A stretch of 64,000 bases of DNA from an uncultured Candidatus Saccharibacteria bacterium (GTDB lineage: Bacteria > Patescibacteriota > Minisyncoccia > Phycocordibacterales > JACNGX01). Each line of letters starts with the position of its first letter. Position 1 is the stretch's first letter. The DNA lies in assembly GCA_964621395.1 (NCBI GenBank), contig CAZULS010000001.1:135920-199919 (forward strand). Direction: 5' to 3'. This document shows positions 37,109 through 47,367 of this stretch, in pieces. The translations under genes and the position numbers were made by a program. Under the pieces are notes generated by a model that was not told the origin of the DNA, did not search any database, and saw nothing but the letters and a program-made list of their open reading frames with translations.

Positions 37109-37298
37109 GGGAATAGAATTAAGAATGAAGAGTTACGAATTAAGAATATATACAGTGTAGGGGAAAAACGGGGGTGGTGCAATATATCAGGAGATTAAAA
37201 GTTAGGAAATTAAAAGTTAAACAAAATTATTTTCCACTTTCTGTATCCTAAAAGCTCAAAGCTATAAGCTATAAGCTCGGCATGCTATACTTCTCCCT

Positions 37299-39035
37299 AT
37301 GCCTCAAAAGACTTATCGTATGGCTGATGTGCCCGGTAATGATGCGCGGGAAGCGCTCAGCGCATATTCGCCTCTTGTGCAGACACTTCTTGTGCGTCGC
37401 GGTATTTTCACCGCTGAAGATGCTGAGCACTTTCTTTTTCCCGATTGGGAACGCGACACATCCGACCCATTCCTCCTCACTGATATGGAAAAAGCGGTTG
37501 CGCGTACTTTCGCTGCAATGGATGCTGGTGAGCACATTGTGATTTACGGCGACTATGATGCCGATGGCATTCCGGCAAGTGTTATCCTTCACGATCTCTT
37601 CGTGAAAATACAGTATCCGCATTTCTCCAATTACATGCCTCATCGACACAATGAAGGGTTTGGACTTAATACCGAGGCGATTGAAGAGTTTGGAAGTCGC
37701 CAAGTGAAACTCATCATCACCGTTGATTGCGGTATTACCGACAATGCACACATCGCCCGCGCCAAAGAGCTCGGCATGGATGTGATTGTTACCGATCATC
37801 ACCTTCCTGGAGAAACACTTCCCGATGCGTGTGCTGTGATTGACCCCAAGAGAGAAGACGACATGTATCCCGATGACATGCTGTGCGGTGCCGGTCTTGC
37901 TTTCAAGCTTGCCCACGCACTTCTCATGCGCGGACGAGAGAGTGGTCGCTTTGATGTCCCGGAGGAATGGGAAAAGTGGCTTCTTGATATGGCGGGTGTG
38001 GCAACGATTGCCGATATGGTACCGCTTGTGAAAGAAAATCGCGCCCTTGCACACTTTGGATTGAAGGTGATTCGGAAGGGTGTGCGCCCGGGTATTCGTG
38101 CGCTGTGTAAGGTCGCGAAGTGTGCGTATGAAACGATAGATGAGGGAGATGTGGGTTTTACCATCGGTCCGCGTATTAATGCCGCAAGCAGAATGGATCA
38201 TCCCGATGTGGCATTTCGGCTTCTTTCCGCTATCAATCGCAGCGACGCGGAAGAAGCAGCTGCGTATCTGGAGAGTTTAAATAATGAACGAAAGACACTT
38301 GTCGCCGTAATGATGCGACAGGCACATAAAAAAATTGATGCCGAGGCACTTCCTAATGTGATTGTGCTCGGGGATCCTTCGTGGCGTGTGGGTGTGCTCG
38401 GCATTGCTGCCAATAAACTCATGGAAGAATATGGCCGACCGGTTTTTCTTTGGGGGCGTGAAGGCGCGGAAAAGATTCGCGGCTCGGCGCGCTCCGACGG
38501 CAGCGTGGATGTCACGGAGCTCATGCGCGCACTTCCCGAAGGAGTATTACCGGAAGCAGGCGGACATGCCGAGGCGGGCGGATTTGAAGTGTCATTTGAT
38601 GCGGTGCACACCTTGGGTGAAGAGCTCAATAAAGCATACGGAGAGGTGCGCCGCGATATCCTCGAAGAGGAAGCGGTGATTGATGCCGTGCTTTCCTTAG
38701 ACGACGTCAATGAGCGAACGTTTCATGATATGAATCAGCTCGCACCCTTTGGCATGGGAAATCCCAAGCCCCTCTTTTGGTTTCGTGACGTGACGATTTC
38801 TGACGTGTCCGTCTTTGGCAAAGGCAAAGAGCATCTCAAGCTGACGTTTCACAATGCGCGCGGTGGTGCAATAGAGGCGATTGCCTTTTTCACGCTCCCC
38901 GATGCGTATGGAGAAGAGCTTACTGCCGGCATGACCATCAACATGATTGCCACAATGGAACAATCATTCTTCCGCAGTCGTCCCGAACTCCGCTTGCGGA
39001 TAGAGGATGTAAAAATACAAGAGACAAATGCCTAA
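37299..39035 (+). CDS. recJ: Single-stranded-DNA-specific exonuclease RecJ; C-terminal Ala-stop supplied by palindromic element
   Basis: 578 aa; DHH motifs (IYGDYDADG, TVDCGITD, VTDHH) and DHHA1 domain. The last codons ...AAT GCC TAA are the start of the element GCCTAAAGCACGACGAATCGTGCTCGGCCACGG (39030-39062). Confidence 0.9.
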   Translation: MPQKTYRMADVPGNDAREALSAYSPLVQTLLVRRGIFTAEDAEHFLFPDWERDTSDPFLLTDMEKAVARTFAAMDAGEHIVIYGDYDADGIPASVILHDLFVKIQYPHFSNYMPHRHNEGFGLNTEAIEEFGSRQVKLIITVDCGITDNAHIARAKELGMDVIVTDHHLPGETLPDACAVIDPKREDDMYPDDMLCGAGLAFKLAHALLMRGRESGRFDVPEEWEKWLLDMAGVATIADMVPLVKENRALAHFGLKVIRKGVRPGIRALCKVAKCAYETIDEGDVGFTIGPRINAASRMDHPDVAFRLLSAINRSDAEEAAAYLESLNNERKTLVAVMMRQAHKKIDAEALPNVIVLGDPSWRVGVLGIAANKLMEEYGRPVFLWGREGAEKIRGSARSDGSVDVTELMRALPEGVLPEAGGHAEAGGFEVSFDAVHTLGEELNKAYGEVRRDILEEEAVIDAVLSLDDVNERTFHDMNQLAPFGMGNPKPLFWFRDVTISDVSVFGKGKEHLKLTFHNARGGAIEAIAFFTLPDAYGEELTAGMTINMIATMEQSFFRSRPELRLRIEDVKIQETNA

Positions 39036-39062
39036 AGCACGACGAATCGTGCTCGGCCACGG
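39030..39062 (+). repeat. 33-bp palindromic element GCCTAAAGCAC-GACGAAT-CGTGCTCGGCCACGG overlapping the recJ stop codon
   Basis: Same termini as the in-frame copies in tig and nusA; twin copy at the rplE stop (63451-63483). Confidence 0.7.
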
Positions 39063-39369
39063 AAAAATAACAAACAAAAGATGAAAAGAGATTACTTTCC
39101 ACTGTCACCAAGCACCAAACTTATGACTGAGTTGTGGCGGAGAATGTTGAGAAATAAAATTACTGAGAATGACATAATGATTTCCTAAACACACAGGTTT
39201 GGTGCTCGGTCTCGCTGGAGTTGGCGGAGAAGTATGCAGAGATTGAGACATTAAAAGACGATAAAAACAACAAAACCGCTCCCTTACGGGAGCGGTTTTG
39301 TTTGACATTGATGCGGTGGTGGGGTAGATTTGGGGGAGTTATGTTCTCGATAATCAAAAGGATAGTCCC

Positions 39370-39849
39370 ATGAAGAATGAACAAAAAGATCTCAGAGGTC
39401 AATTTCAAGAGCTTTGTGAGAGCGCGTGTCGCGGAAGAGTATATCCACCTCATTTAGCGGGGTGGTATGCGTTGCGATGGGCCGCACAGTACCGTCTCGG
39501 ATATGGATATCGTGATGAAGCACGCGAAATCCTTTCTCTGCTTATTCGTATATTTAAAAAGGGTCGGGAAAAGATTGATCCTGAATTCCGAGATTCGTTC
39601 ACGAAGGAATCGCCTTTTGAAGTAATAACAGCAGAGATAAATTGCATGGAAAGAATTGAAGGGGCAATTAAATCAGGGTGCTGTGATGCTTGGATACTTT
39701 CTATTTTTCACGAATGGTATCTTGCACGGATAAGACCGTATCTTTCCTTTGAATTTAAGGAAGAACTCACTGCTCCAATCGTGAAACAGTGGAGATTGGG
39801 ACAGGAAGGAAACGCCCTTTTGCCATTTTTGGCATATGCATCGTCGTAA
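39370..39849 (+). CDS. Hypothetical protein
   Basis: 159-aa ORF; Cys/His-containing; no family recognised. Confidence 0.3.
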   Translation: MKNEQKDLRGQFQELCESACRGRVYPPHLAGWYALRWAAQYRLGYGYRDEAREILSLLIRIFKKGREKIDPEFRDSFTKESPFEVITAEINCMERIEGAIKSGCCDAWILSIFHEWYLARIRPYLSFEFKEELTAPIVKQWRLGQEGNALLPFLAYASS

Positions 39850-39939
39850 GGCGGTGCTTTTTATACTTATTTCATATTTCGTTTTTTCTTTGGCCGAGCA
39901 TGATGTATCATGCTGTAGGCATAATTCGTATCATGCGGT

Positions 39940-40392
39940 ATGATAAAAGCCATGACTACAGAAAAAACGGATGCCGATATTGTGATGTCGACGGATGGTG
40001 GCGCGCGGGGGAATCCGGGAATTGCCGGTGCCGGTGTGCATATCGTTGATGGCGCAGGGAATGAGGTGACGAGTGTGTCGGCATATCTTGGTGAGCGGAC
40101 CAATAATTGGGCGGAATACCAAGCAATCATTCTCGGCTTGGAGAAACTTCATGCGCTGTATGGTGAGGCACTTACCAACATGAAGGTTGTGGTGCGCATG
40201 GATAGCGAACTCATTGTGCGACAATTAAACGGTGTTTATAAAGTGAAGAATGCGGATCTCAAAGAACAGTATGCAAAGGCGCGTGAACTCTTGAGCGGAC
40301 TGAAGCATATCGATATTGTGCATGTGCGTCGCGAATATAATAAAGAAGCAGATGCTTTGGCGAATGAGGCGATGGACAAAGGGAGTGTGTAA
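39940..40392 (+). CDS. rnhA: Ribonuclease H (RNase HI-like)
   Basis: STDGGARGNPG, EYQAIILGL, and the C-terminal ADALAN segment of the RNase H fold. Confidence 0.8.
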   Translation: MIKAMTTEKTDADIVMSTDGGARGNPGIAGAGVHIVDGAGNEVTSVSAYLGERTNNWAEYQAIILGLEKLHALYGEALTNMKVVVRMDSELIVRQLNGVYKVKNADLKEQYAKARELLSGLKHIDIVHVRREYNKEADALANEAMDKGSV

Positions 40393-40402
40393 CACTCCCT
40401 TT

Positions 40403-40513
40403 GTCATTCCGTACTTGATGCGGAATCTCCGTTATATTGTTTCTTGGGATTGTTTGCGAAGATCCCGCATTGCATCCGATCGTTTGCGATATAGGATCAA
40501 GTGCGGGATGACA
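40403..40513. mobile_element. Family-A hairpin-ended MITE (GTCATTCCGTACTTGATGCGGAATC ... GATCAAGTGCGGGATGACA)
   Basis: Starts 11 nt after the RNase H stop. Confidence 0.65.
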
Positions 40514-40562
40514 GGATATTACTTTTCTCTCAACTCTCCTCTCTCTACTCTTAACTCGTGTT

Positions 40563-42059
40563 ATGCACCCATCCCATATCTTAAACGCAATCATGATTGG
40601 TCTTATTGCCGGTGTGGGATTGCGTTCGTTTTTTGTATGGGGGAATGAGGTCGCGATATTTCTCGCTGTGCTTTCTTTGGCTGTGGCGGCTGTAGCCTAT
40701 CTCTATGGGGAGAAAGAGCGGCTGGTTGGAGCCACACTTGCCATTGTGTTGGCAAGCGCCGCCCTCGGTATATGGCGATACAATGTGCTCGATACGTGCG
40801 AGGCGCGTTTTGCCGAATCCGAAAAAGAAATATCCGCGCGAGTGTATGTGGCGGATGAGCCGGATATACGCGAATCTTCCACTCGTCTCACGCTTGAGAT
40901 TTTGGGCGGCACATCAGCGTGTCCGAAGCGCGAGCGAATCTTGGCGTATGTTGATCACTATCCTTCGTACACATACGGTGATGAACTTTTGATTTCGGGA
41001 CGGATCACTTTTCCCGAACGTTTTGAAGCTGATGATACCGGTCGTATTTTCGACTACCCCGCATTTTTAAAAAAGAGTGGCATTGCATATCAGATGTTTC
41101 GGCCCGAGATTGAAAAGGTGGGCGAAAGGAAGGGGAATGTGATCGTCGGTACGCTTTTTTCAATCAAGCACACGCTTCTTAAAAGTATGGGTCGGATATT
41201 GCCCGAGCCCGAAGCGTCGTTTGCCGGAGGCCTCATCGTGGGCGCGAAAGAATCACTTGGCGAAGAGCTTCTGGAGAAATTTCGAATGACGGGTGTGATG
41301 CATATTGTTGTCCTCTCCGGATACAATATCACCATTGTTGCCGAAGCGATTCTCGCGCTCTTCTCCTCACTCTCGCCGGCACTTGCATCACTCTTTGGCG
41401 CGCTCGGCATTATTCTTTTTGCACTTCTTACCGGCGCGGGAGCAACGGTCGTACGCGCATCGCTTATGGCGCTGTTGGTCATTCTCGCACGGCGTGTTGG
41501 CAGAGGATACGACATCACCCGAGCGCTGTATGTGGCGGCGTTTTTCATGATTCTGCACAATCCTTTCATTTTGGCATTTGATCCTTCCTTCCAGCTTTCA
41601 TTCCTTGCCACATTCGGACTCATTGTGGTGGCGCCTTTGGTGGAACCCTACCTTTTCCGTATACCCACATTCTTGGGGCTACGTGAAATTGCCGCGGCAA
41701 CAATTGCTACGCAGATCTTTGTCCTCCCGCTTATTCTGTATCTCATGGGTGACTTGTCACTTGTGGCGGTGCCGGCAAATCTTCTCGTCCTCATCGCTGT
41801 GCCCGGGGCAATGTTCTTTGGCTTCTTGGCTGCTCTTGGCGGACTTATCCACCCGCTCCTCGGCACTCTCATGGCAGTGCCGGCATTTGGCCTCCTTGCC
41901 TACATGCTCGGTGTGGTAAACATCTTTGGCGACCTTCCATTTGCATCTCTTCACATCCCGGCATTCCCATTTTGGATTGTGATTTGTGTGTATGCCGTGT
42001 ATGGAATGGTCATTACGAAACTCCGCACGTATCGAGAGGCAACGATTGACCGTGAGTAG
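40563..42059 (+). CDS. comEC: ComEC/Rec2 DNA internalization channel, N-terminal (DUF4131) + competence membrane domain
   Basis: 498 aa polytopic membrane protein; the MBL domain is encoded separately at 42543..43415. Confidence 0.75.
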   Translation: MHPSHILNAIMIGLIAGVGLRSFFVWGNEVAIFLAVLSLAVAAVAYLYGEKERLVGATLAIVLASAALGIWRYNVLDTCEARFAESEKEISARVYVADEPDIRESSTRLTLEILGGTSACPKRERILAYVDHYPSYTYGDELLISGRITFPERFEADDTGRIFDYPAFLKKSGIAYQMFRPEIEKVGERKGNVIVGTLFSIKHTLLKSMGRILPEPEASFAGGLIVGAKESLGEELLEKFRMTGVMHIVVLSGYNITIVAEAILALFSSLSPALASLFGALGIILFALLTGAGATVVRASLMALLVILARRVGRGYDITRALYVAAFFMILHNPFILAFDPSFQLSFLATFGLIVVAPLVEPYLFRIPTFLGLREIAAATIATQIFVLPLILYLMGDLSLVAVPANLLVLIAVPGAMFFGFLAALGGLIHPLLGTLMAVPAFGLLAYMLGVVNIFGDLPFASLHIPAFPFWIVICVYAVYGMVITKLRTYREATIDRE

Positions 42060-42112
42060 GGAATGGTGTAAGTTTGAGGAAGAAGTGCTCCAATAATATA
42101 AATTGAAGTCTC

Positions 42113-42481
42113 ATGGATAAAAAACTTTATATGTACCTGCCTCTTTTAGGAGAGAAAAGTGTACAAGCGATGGTTAGAATGTCGGACTATGTCTTTCATA
42201 GTACATGGCATCAAGGGAACATATACATTTATTCTCCAGAGGATGGACAAACACACTTCTTTTGTCCTGCGCCACGGTTGTATCCCTCAAAAGATGAAAT
42301 TGGGTGTAGTGGCACCGAACAGCTGCCCCTTTGGCGCGTATATGTTGGCGGAGGAGAAGGTTGTGTGGGAAGTATCTGCACAACGTGTGGTGCGGTTATT
42401 CTGACCCCGGGCGCAAAGAAAGCGAAAGTGTATGTACCAAAAGAAAAGAAAATGTTTCGCCTTCCCGATTTGAGGGATTGA
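42113..42481 (+). CDS. Hypothetical Cys-rich small protein between the two ComEC parts
   Basis: 122-aa ORF with CPAP...C...C..C pattern; unassigned. Confidence 0.25.
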   Translation: MDKKLYMYLPLLGEKSVQAMVRMSDYVFHSTWHQGNIYIYSPEDGQTHFFCPAPRLYPSKDEIGCSGTEQLPLWRVYVGGGEGCVGSICTTCGAVILTPGAKKAKVYVPKEKKMFRLPDLRD

Positions 42482-42542
42482 GAAACATGTGGCAAAGAAA
42501 GAGCGGACCCCGAGCCCGCTTTTTTAGTGTACAATTATACGC

Positions 42543-43415
42543 ATGAAAGCTCTTGTATGGATACGCAAACACGGCGAGATTGTGCTTATCGGTCTTTTGC
42601 TTGTGTTGGTACTTTCTCTCATGTGGATGATTATTGCTCGGGAGGGCGATGTGCTGCGCGTGTCATTCTTGGATGTAGGGCAGGGCGATGCAATTTTTAT
42701 TGAATACGAAGATACGCAAATACTCATTGATGGCGGACGCGGTGGAAAGGTGCTCTCTGCGCTTGGGGATGTGATGCCTTTCTGGGACCGCTCAATCGAT
42801 ATGCTCATTGCCACTCACTCCGATGCCGATCACATTGGCGGATTGCCGGAAGTGCTTGAGCGATTTGCCGTGGGTGCCGTGATTGAATCCGGAAGCGTGT
42901 CGGATACCGGTGTGTACGATGCATTTGTTGGAAGTGTGGAGAAAGAAGGATGCGCACATGACGTGTTTCGCTCCGGGCATATACTCACTCTTTCGGATGA
43001 GACATATCTCGAATTCTTATTTCCTGATAGAGCAAGGAGCGAGGTCGCGAAATGGGAAGCCAATACCGCGTCACTCGTGGTGCGCTTGGTTCACGGAGAA
43101 ACATCGTTTCTTCTCACGGGGGATGTGCCGTCGTCCGTGGAAATGTATCTCACCGGTATCTATGGCAATGGACTCAAGAGTGATATTTTAAAAGCCGGGC
43201 ATCATGGCTCGGACACCTCATCTGCCGCGGCATTTCTTGCGGCGGCAGACCCGGAAGCAGTGGTGATTTCTGCCGGATGTGATAATTCGTATGGTCATCC
43301 CGATAAGGAGGTGATGAATCGGATCGAGGCGCTAGGAGCTGAGCCACTGGAAACGTGCGAAGAGGGGACGATTATATTTGAGAGCGATGGAGAACATATT
43401 AAGAGGGTAAGGTGA
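42543..43415 (+). CDS. ComEC C-terminal metallo-beta-lactamase domain protein (separate ORF, N-terminal TM)
   Basis: HSDADHIGG (HxHxDH), TGD, AGHHGS, GHPD motifs of the ComEC/ComA MBL domain. Confidence 0.75.
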   Translation: MKALVWIRKHGEIVLIGLLLVLVLSLMWMIIAREGDVLRVSFLDVGQGDAIFIEYEDTQILIDGGRGGKVLSALGDVMPFWDRSIDMLIATHSDADHIGGLPEVLERFAVGAVIESGSVSDTGVYDAFVGSVEKEGCAHDVFRSGHILTLSDETYLEFLFPDRARSEVAKWEANTASLVVRLVHGETSFLLTGDVPSSVEMYLTGIYGNGLKSDILKAGHHGSDTSSAAAFLAAADPEAVVISAGCDNSYGHPDKEVMNRIEALGAEPLETCEEGTIIFESDGEHIKRVR

Positions 43416-43603
43416 TATGCTCATCTCACGGCATATTTTATTCCCCAAACTCTTTTTTGTAGTCGAGCACCACTTTCACTTATTACTTACATTGGTCGAT
43501 ATGAAAAAATAGGTGGACATCATCTAAATTATCAAAGAAGGTATTAGTGGAAGTGGTGCTTGGCGATGGGAAAGATGTGCGAAGAGTGCGATAGTCGCGC
43601 CAC

Positions 43604-43736
43604 TGTCATTCCGTGCTTGACACGGAATCTAAAAACCAAGGTTGAGCTTTGGTATGTATACCAAAGCTCAACCTTGGTTTTCGAATAACACTCAGAAACA
43701 ATATAGCGGAGATCCCGCATCAAGTGCGGGATGACA
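43604..43736. mobile_element. Family-A MITE containing a 23-bp perfect palindrome (AAACCAAGGTTGAGCTTTGGTAT-GT-ATACCAAAGCTCAACCTTGGTTT, 43631-43678)
   Basis: Read directly. Confidence 0.65.
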
Positions 43737-43797
43737 AATAACAAAAAACCGCGGCGCCTACTGCGCCGCGGTTTTTATGTTCTCTATAATGCGGAGT

Positions 43798-44001
43798 TTA
43801 GACTTTTGCCTCCAAATGCTTATTTGCTTTGAGACAACGAGTACAGATCTTTACGCGAGATCCGTCTGCCTTTCTCGCCCACTGCAAATTCGGCTGACGG
43901 CGCTTTTTGCCTGTCGGATTAAATTTGGTTGCACGCGTCTTGTTGGAATATCCCTGAGCGACGAGCGATCCCTTTCCACATATTTCACATGTTGTAGCCA
44001 T
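43798..44001 (-). CDS. rpmB: 50S ribosomal protein bL28
   Basis: 67 aa MATTCEICGKGSLVAQGYS...; terminator 43744-43776 downstream. Confidence 0.9.
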   Translation of the reverse strand: MATTCEICGKGSLVAQGYSNKTRATKFNPTGKKRRQPNLQWARKADGSRVKICTRCLKANKHLEAKV

Positions 44002-44141
44002 AGTGCCCAGAATAGTAGCAAAAGAGGGTTATGTTGTCAATTATGCTTGGATGAATTGACATCTCTATGTATTTGTGTATATTTAAATACATAGAAATGT
44101 GTTCTTTTACCCCTTAATTTTGAAAGAAATAATTTAAAATC

Positions 44142-44570
44142 ATGCAAGAAAGAACATCAAACGTACCTGAAGTAGATCTAACAGCGATTATGACAGCCCT
44201 CAGAAGATACGGATGGGAGCGAGTCGACTATCTCTATAACTCCGACTATTCGGAATGCGAAATCTCTGGTTTCTTGTGGACAACGAGAGAGAAAAAGAAA
44301 AAAAGGTTGTATGGTATAACGATAAACGTTGTGGATGAAGGAGACACGTTAACCTTGTCGCTCATTACGACAGACAGAAAGGGAGATACTGTGCGGACAG
44401 GGAAGAAATGCACTTCCTGGGGGACTTTTTTAAAGATGATCAAGGTTCCCAGTGCCTGTTTCAAAGACGTGCTTCTAAATGTTCCTGGAGTTGACAACAA
44501 GGGAAGGAATTACAGAAACGTAACAAAAAATTCGAAGGCATGGAAGGAGGGGTATCGTATTTCATGTTGA
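44142..44570 (+). CDS. Hypothetical protein
   Basis: 142-aa ORF, lysine-rich; no recognised domain. Confidence 0.3.
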   Translation: MQERTSNVPEVDLTAIMTALRRYGWERVDYLYNSDYSECEISGFLWTTREKKKKRLYGITINVVDEGDTLTLSLITTDRKGDTVRTGKKCTSWGTFLKMIKVPSACFKDVLLNVPGVDNKGRNYRNVTKNSKAWKEGYRISC

Positions 44571-44657
44571 ATGACAGGGTGTCTTTATTGCACGGCAGAG
44601 ATGTCGTGCTTTTTCTTTTTCTCCATTCCTTCTCAACCCATGGTATACTATCTCTAA

Positions 44658-45278
44658 ATGATATCAGGAATTGAAATTATATTTGGTATTGCTGTTTTGA
44701 TTATGTCGGTGATTGCTCATGAGGTGTCGCACGGATATGCCGCCGCGCTTTTGGGAGATCCGACGGCACGTTTGGCAGGGCGATTGTCGCTCAATCCGGT
44801 GAAGCACATTGATCCGGTGGGTTCTATTGTCGTGCCCCTCCTTTCTTACATGCTCGGTGGATTTATTTTCGGATGGGCAAAGCCGGTGCCGTATAATCCG
44901 TATAATCTGAAAAATCAGCGTTTTGGTCCGGCGATTGTTGCTGCGGCAGGGCCGGCTATGAATATTGCCATTGCCATTATCTTTGGTATGTTGGTGCGTT
45001 TTGCCGCTCCGCTCGGTATCGCCAATGAGGCATTTTATTCACTGGCAATTATGATTGTCTTTATTAATGTGCTTTTGGCGCTTTTCAATCTTATCCCTAT
45101 CCCGCCGCTTGATGGCTCCAAAATACTCTCCGCATTTCTCCCCGGCAGATATCTCTCTTTCATGGCATCGCTTGAGCAATACTCCTTCTTTGCTGTTATT
45201 ATCTTCATCCTTCTCTTCTGGCAATCTATTGTGCCGGTGGTATACGGCATTACGTGGTTTTTGGTGGGAGGCGCTTAG
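44658..45278 (+). CDS. Site-2 protease family (peptidase M50) membrane metalloprotease
   Basis: HEVSHGYAA (HExxH) in the first TM helix; LNPVKHIDPVGS downstream motif. Confidence 0.75.
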   Translation: MISGIEIIFGIAVLIMSVIAHEVSHGYAAALLGDPTARLAGRLSLNPVKHIDPVGSIVVPLLSYMLGGFIFGWAKPVPYNPYNLKNQRFGPAIVAAAGPAMNIAIAIIFGMLVRFAAPLGIANEAFYSLAIMIVFINVLLALFNLIPIPPLDGSKILSAFLPGRYLSFMASLEQYSFFAVIIFILLFWQSIVPVVYGITWFLVGGA

Positions 45279-45446
45279 GGGTACGAAGTACGAATGAGTA
45301 CGAACATACGAAGACAGCTCGCAGTGAGCTACTTGTTGTCATCCAAAAAACACACGAAGATTCCGCATCAAGTGCGGAATGACAGCAAAAAAGAGTTATA
45401 TGCTGAAAGTCAGACTCGTATGTTCGTATATGTTTGTAGTTCGTAC
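45279..45446. mobile_element. Composite family-B variant (GTACGAA TIRs) enclosing a family-A hairpin
   Basis: GGGTACGAAGTACGAATGAGTACGAACATACGAAG ... CGTATGTTCGTATATGTTTGTAGTTCGTACCC with internal GATTCCGCATCAAGTGCGGAATGACA; sister copy at 53449-53645. Confidence 0.6.
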
Positions 45447-45503
45447 CCGGCGTAGGCGCGCTTGCGTTTTTTTCCCGCATAGTGTATAGTGCTGTGCACA
45501 TAT

Positions 45504-45911
45504 ATGCCGACAATCAATCAACTCGTGAAGAAGGGTCGCAAGAAAGTGGAGCGGAAGAATAAAACCGTGGCGCTTTCGCGTGGATTCAACTCCATTGAAA
45601 ACAAGCCGACCTCATTTCCGTCACCGTTTAAGCGCGGTGTGTGTACCAAGGTAACAACCGCAACGCCGAAGAAGCCAAACTCCGCTCTTCGAAAGATTGC
45701 CCGTGTACGTCTTACCAATGGTAATGAGGTGACCGCCTACATCCCCGGCGAAGGACACAATCTTCAAGAACACTCCGTGGTGCTCCTTCGTGGTGGTCGT
45801 GTGAAGGACCTTACCGGTGTGCGGTATACGGTTGTTCGTGGTGTGCTTGATGCCGGTGGTGTTGATAAGCGTAAGAAGACCCGCAGCCGCTACGGTGTGA
45901 AGAAGTCGTAA
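45504..45911 (+). CDS. rpsL: 30S ribosomal protein uS12
   Basis: [14 protein letters not shown] ... [10 protein letters not shown] ... conserved uS12. Confidence 0.95.
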   Translation: MPTINQLVKKGRKKVERKNKTVALSRGFNSIENKPTSFPSPFKRGVCTKVTTATPKKPNSALRKIARVRLTNGNEVTAYIPGEGHNLQEHSVVLLRGGRVKDLTGVRYTVVRGVLDAGGVDKRKKTRSRYGVKKS

Positions 45912-45935
45912 TCATTTTTGTTTTCATTTACTTGT

Positions 45936-46406
45936 ATGCGTCATCCGATCAAAAAACGTCCAGAACCGCAGCCTGATTACCGCTACAATTCGGTAAAGGT
46001 AACGAAGTTCATCAATATGCTTATGCGGGGCGGAAAGAAGAGCGTGGCTGAGCGCGTGGTATACGATGCCTTTGATTCCATCAAAAAGCGCGATGAGAAT
46101 GCAAATCCGCTTGAAGTCTTTGAAGCAGCGATTAAGAATGTCGGCCCTTCCATGGAAGTGCGCTCACGTCGTGTGGGTGGTGCCAATTATCAGGTGCCGC
46201 GTCCGGTACAGCCGAATCGTCGCTTGGCTCTGACATTCCGTTGGATTCTCGAAATTGCCCGTAAGAAAAGTGGTAAAGCGATGTCTGAGCGTTTGGCAGA
46301 CGAACTCCTTGCGGCAGCGAAAGGCGAAGGCGATGCAATCGCAAAACGCGACAACATGCACAAGATGGCAGAAGCTAATAAGGCATTTGCTCACTTTGCA
46401 AACTAA
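45936..46406 (+). CDS. rpsG: 30S ribosomal protein uS7
   Basis: [39 protein letters not shown] ...; start moved to MRHP. Confidence 0.95.
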   Translation: MRHPIKKRPEPQPDYRYNSVKVTKFINMLMRGGKKSVAERVVYDAFDSIKKRDENANPLEVFEAAIKNVGPSMEVRSRRVGGANYQVPRPVQPNRRLALTFRWILEIARKKSGKAMSERLADELLAAAKGEGDAIAKRDNMHKMAEANKAFAHFAN

Positions 46407-46433
46407 CGATAAACGATAAACTCATAAACGATA

Positions 46434-46466
46434 AAAAAGCGCGGGCTAACGCCCGCGCTTTTTTGT
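46434..46466 (+). terminator. Terminator after rpsG (AAAAAAGCGCGGGC-TAAC-GCCCGCGCTTTTTT), preceded by three ACGATAAAC motifs
   Basis: Read directly; it implies rpsG and fusA are transcriptionally uncoupled here. Confidence 0.6.
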
Positions 46467-46487
46467 ATGCCAAAAGCCTTCATTTCG

Positions 46488-46555
46488 TGTCATTCCCAAA
46501 AATATTAAGGTTAAACCTTAATATTGTGATGTCATTCCGAGCTTGACCCGAAATC
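46488..46555. mobile_element. Family-A hairpin repeat pair
   Basis: GTGTCATTCCC ... GTCATTCCGAGCTTGACCCGAAATC. Confidence 0.55.
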
Positions 46556-46647
46556 TAGTTTATAGCTAGGACGGACCTAGCTACGGCCAGCGCTTTTCGC
46601 ACCTTGCATACTACACAAAAAAAGCGGGTCGCTATGGACCCTGCTTA

Positions 46648-47070
46648 TTACGATGGGACAAGTATGCCATTACGTTCAATCTCATCCATTTCCTCCATGA
46701 CTTTTTCAAGCTGAATTTCTTTGTCCTGTCCGAATTCTTTGGTGCTTATACCTTTCCATAGCCATTCCGTTGCGTTTTGGATTTTTTGAAGTCCTTCGAT
46801 TCTTATTTCACGAGATTGTTCAACTCGTTTAAGCTCTATGCGAGTGACCCTTGTAAAGGAGTGGTATGAATTATGCAAAGAATCGTGATTGGCATCTTTG
46901 AAATCAATCATGATATACAGATAGTAGTCAAAACGCCCTTCTGCGAAGACAGGATCGACTTTTTCTGCCCTAATCTCGATTTCATTTTCGGCTGGGTGGA
47001 AGATTTCTTTTTTCGAAACCAAGCACCACTCGTGCTTTTTCAGCAATCTGTAGAGTTCACGAGTATTCAT
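46648..47070 (-). CDS. Hypothetical protein inserted on the opposite strand between rpsG and fusA (weak HicA-like N-terminus)
   Basis: 140-aa ORF; N-terminus MNTRELYRLLKKHEWCLVSKK resembles HicA/YcfA-type toxins but lacks the GSH motif; flanked by family-A hairpins at 46488-46555 and 47296-47323. Confidence 0.35.
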   Translation of the reverse strand: MNTRELYRLLKKHEWCLVSKKEIFHPAENEIEIRAEKVDPVFAEGRFDYYLYIMIDFKDANHDSLHNSYHSFTRVTRIELKRVEQSREIRIEGLQKIQNATEWLWKGISTKEFGQDKEIQLEKVMEEMDEIERNGILVPS

Positions 47071-47367
47071 GAGTTTTTGATTGTTTTGTTTTTGAGAATA
47101 TAACTTTTAGAGCGTTTACTGGTATTACTATACATTCGTCAGAAATTTTAGCAAGCCCCGCATGTACCTTTAGGTACATGCGGGGCAGTGGAATTGTCGC
47201 TTTTTGCTTGCAAAAAGCCCATCACTCCAGTATAGTATGCCCACTAGCCAGCACGGCTTTTTGTTTTTGAGAGTTGTCGTTAGGGTGTACTCCTTAAGAT
47301 TCCCGATCAAGTCGGGAATGACAACATATCTTTTATCGTTATTATTTAATCGTTTATCATTCATTAT

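Noticed and set aside
37269-38201. 310-aa ORF on the minus strand
   Set aside because: Lies entirely antisense to the well-supported recJ gene and has no recognisable motif. Typical shadow ORF.
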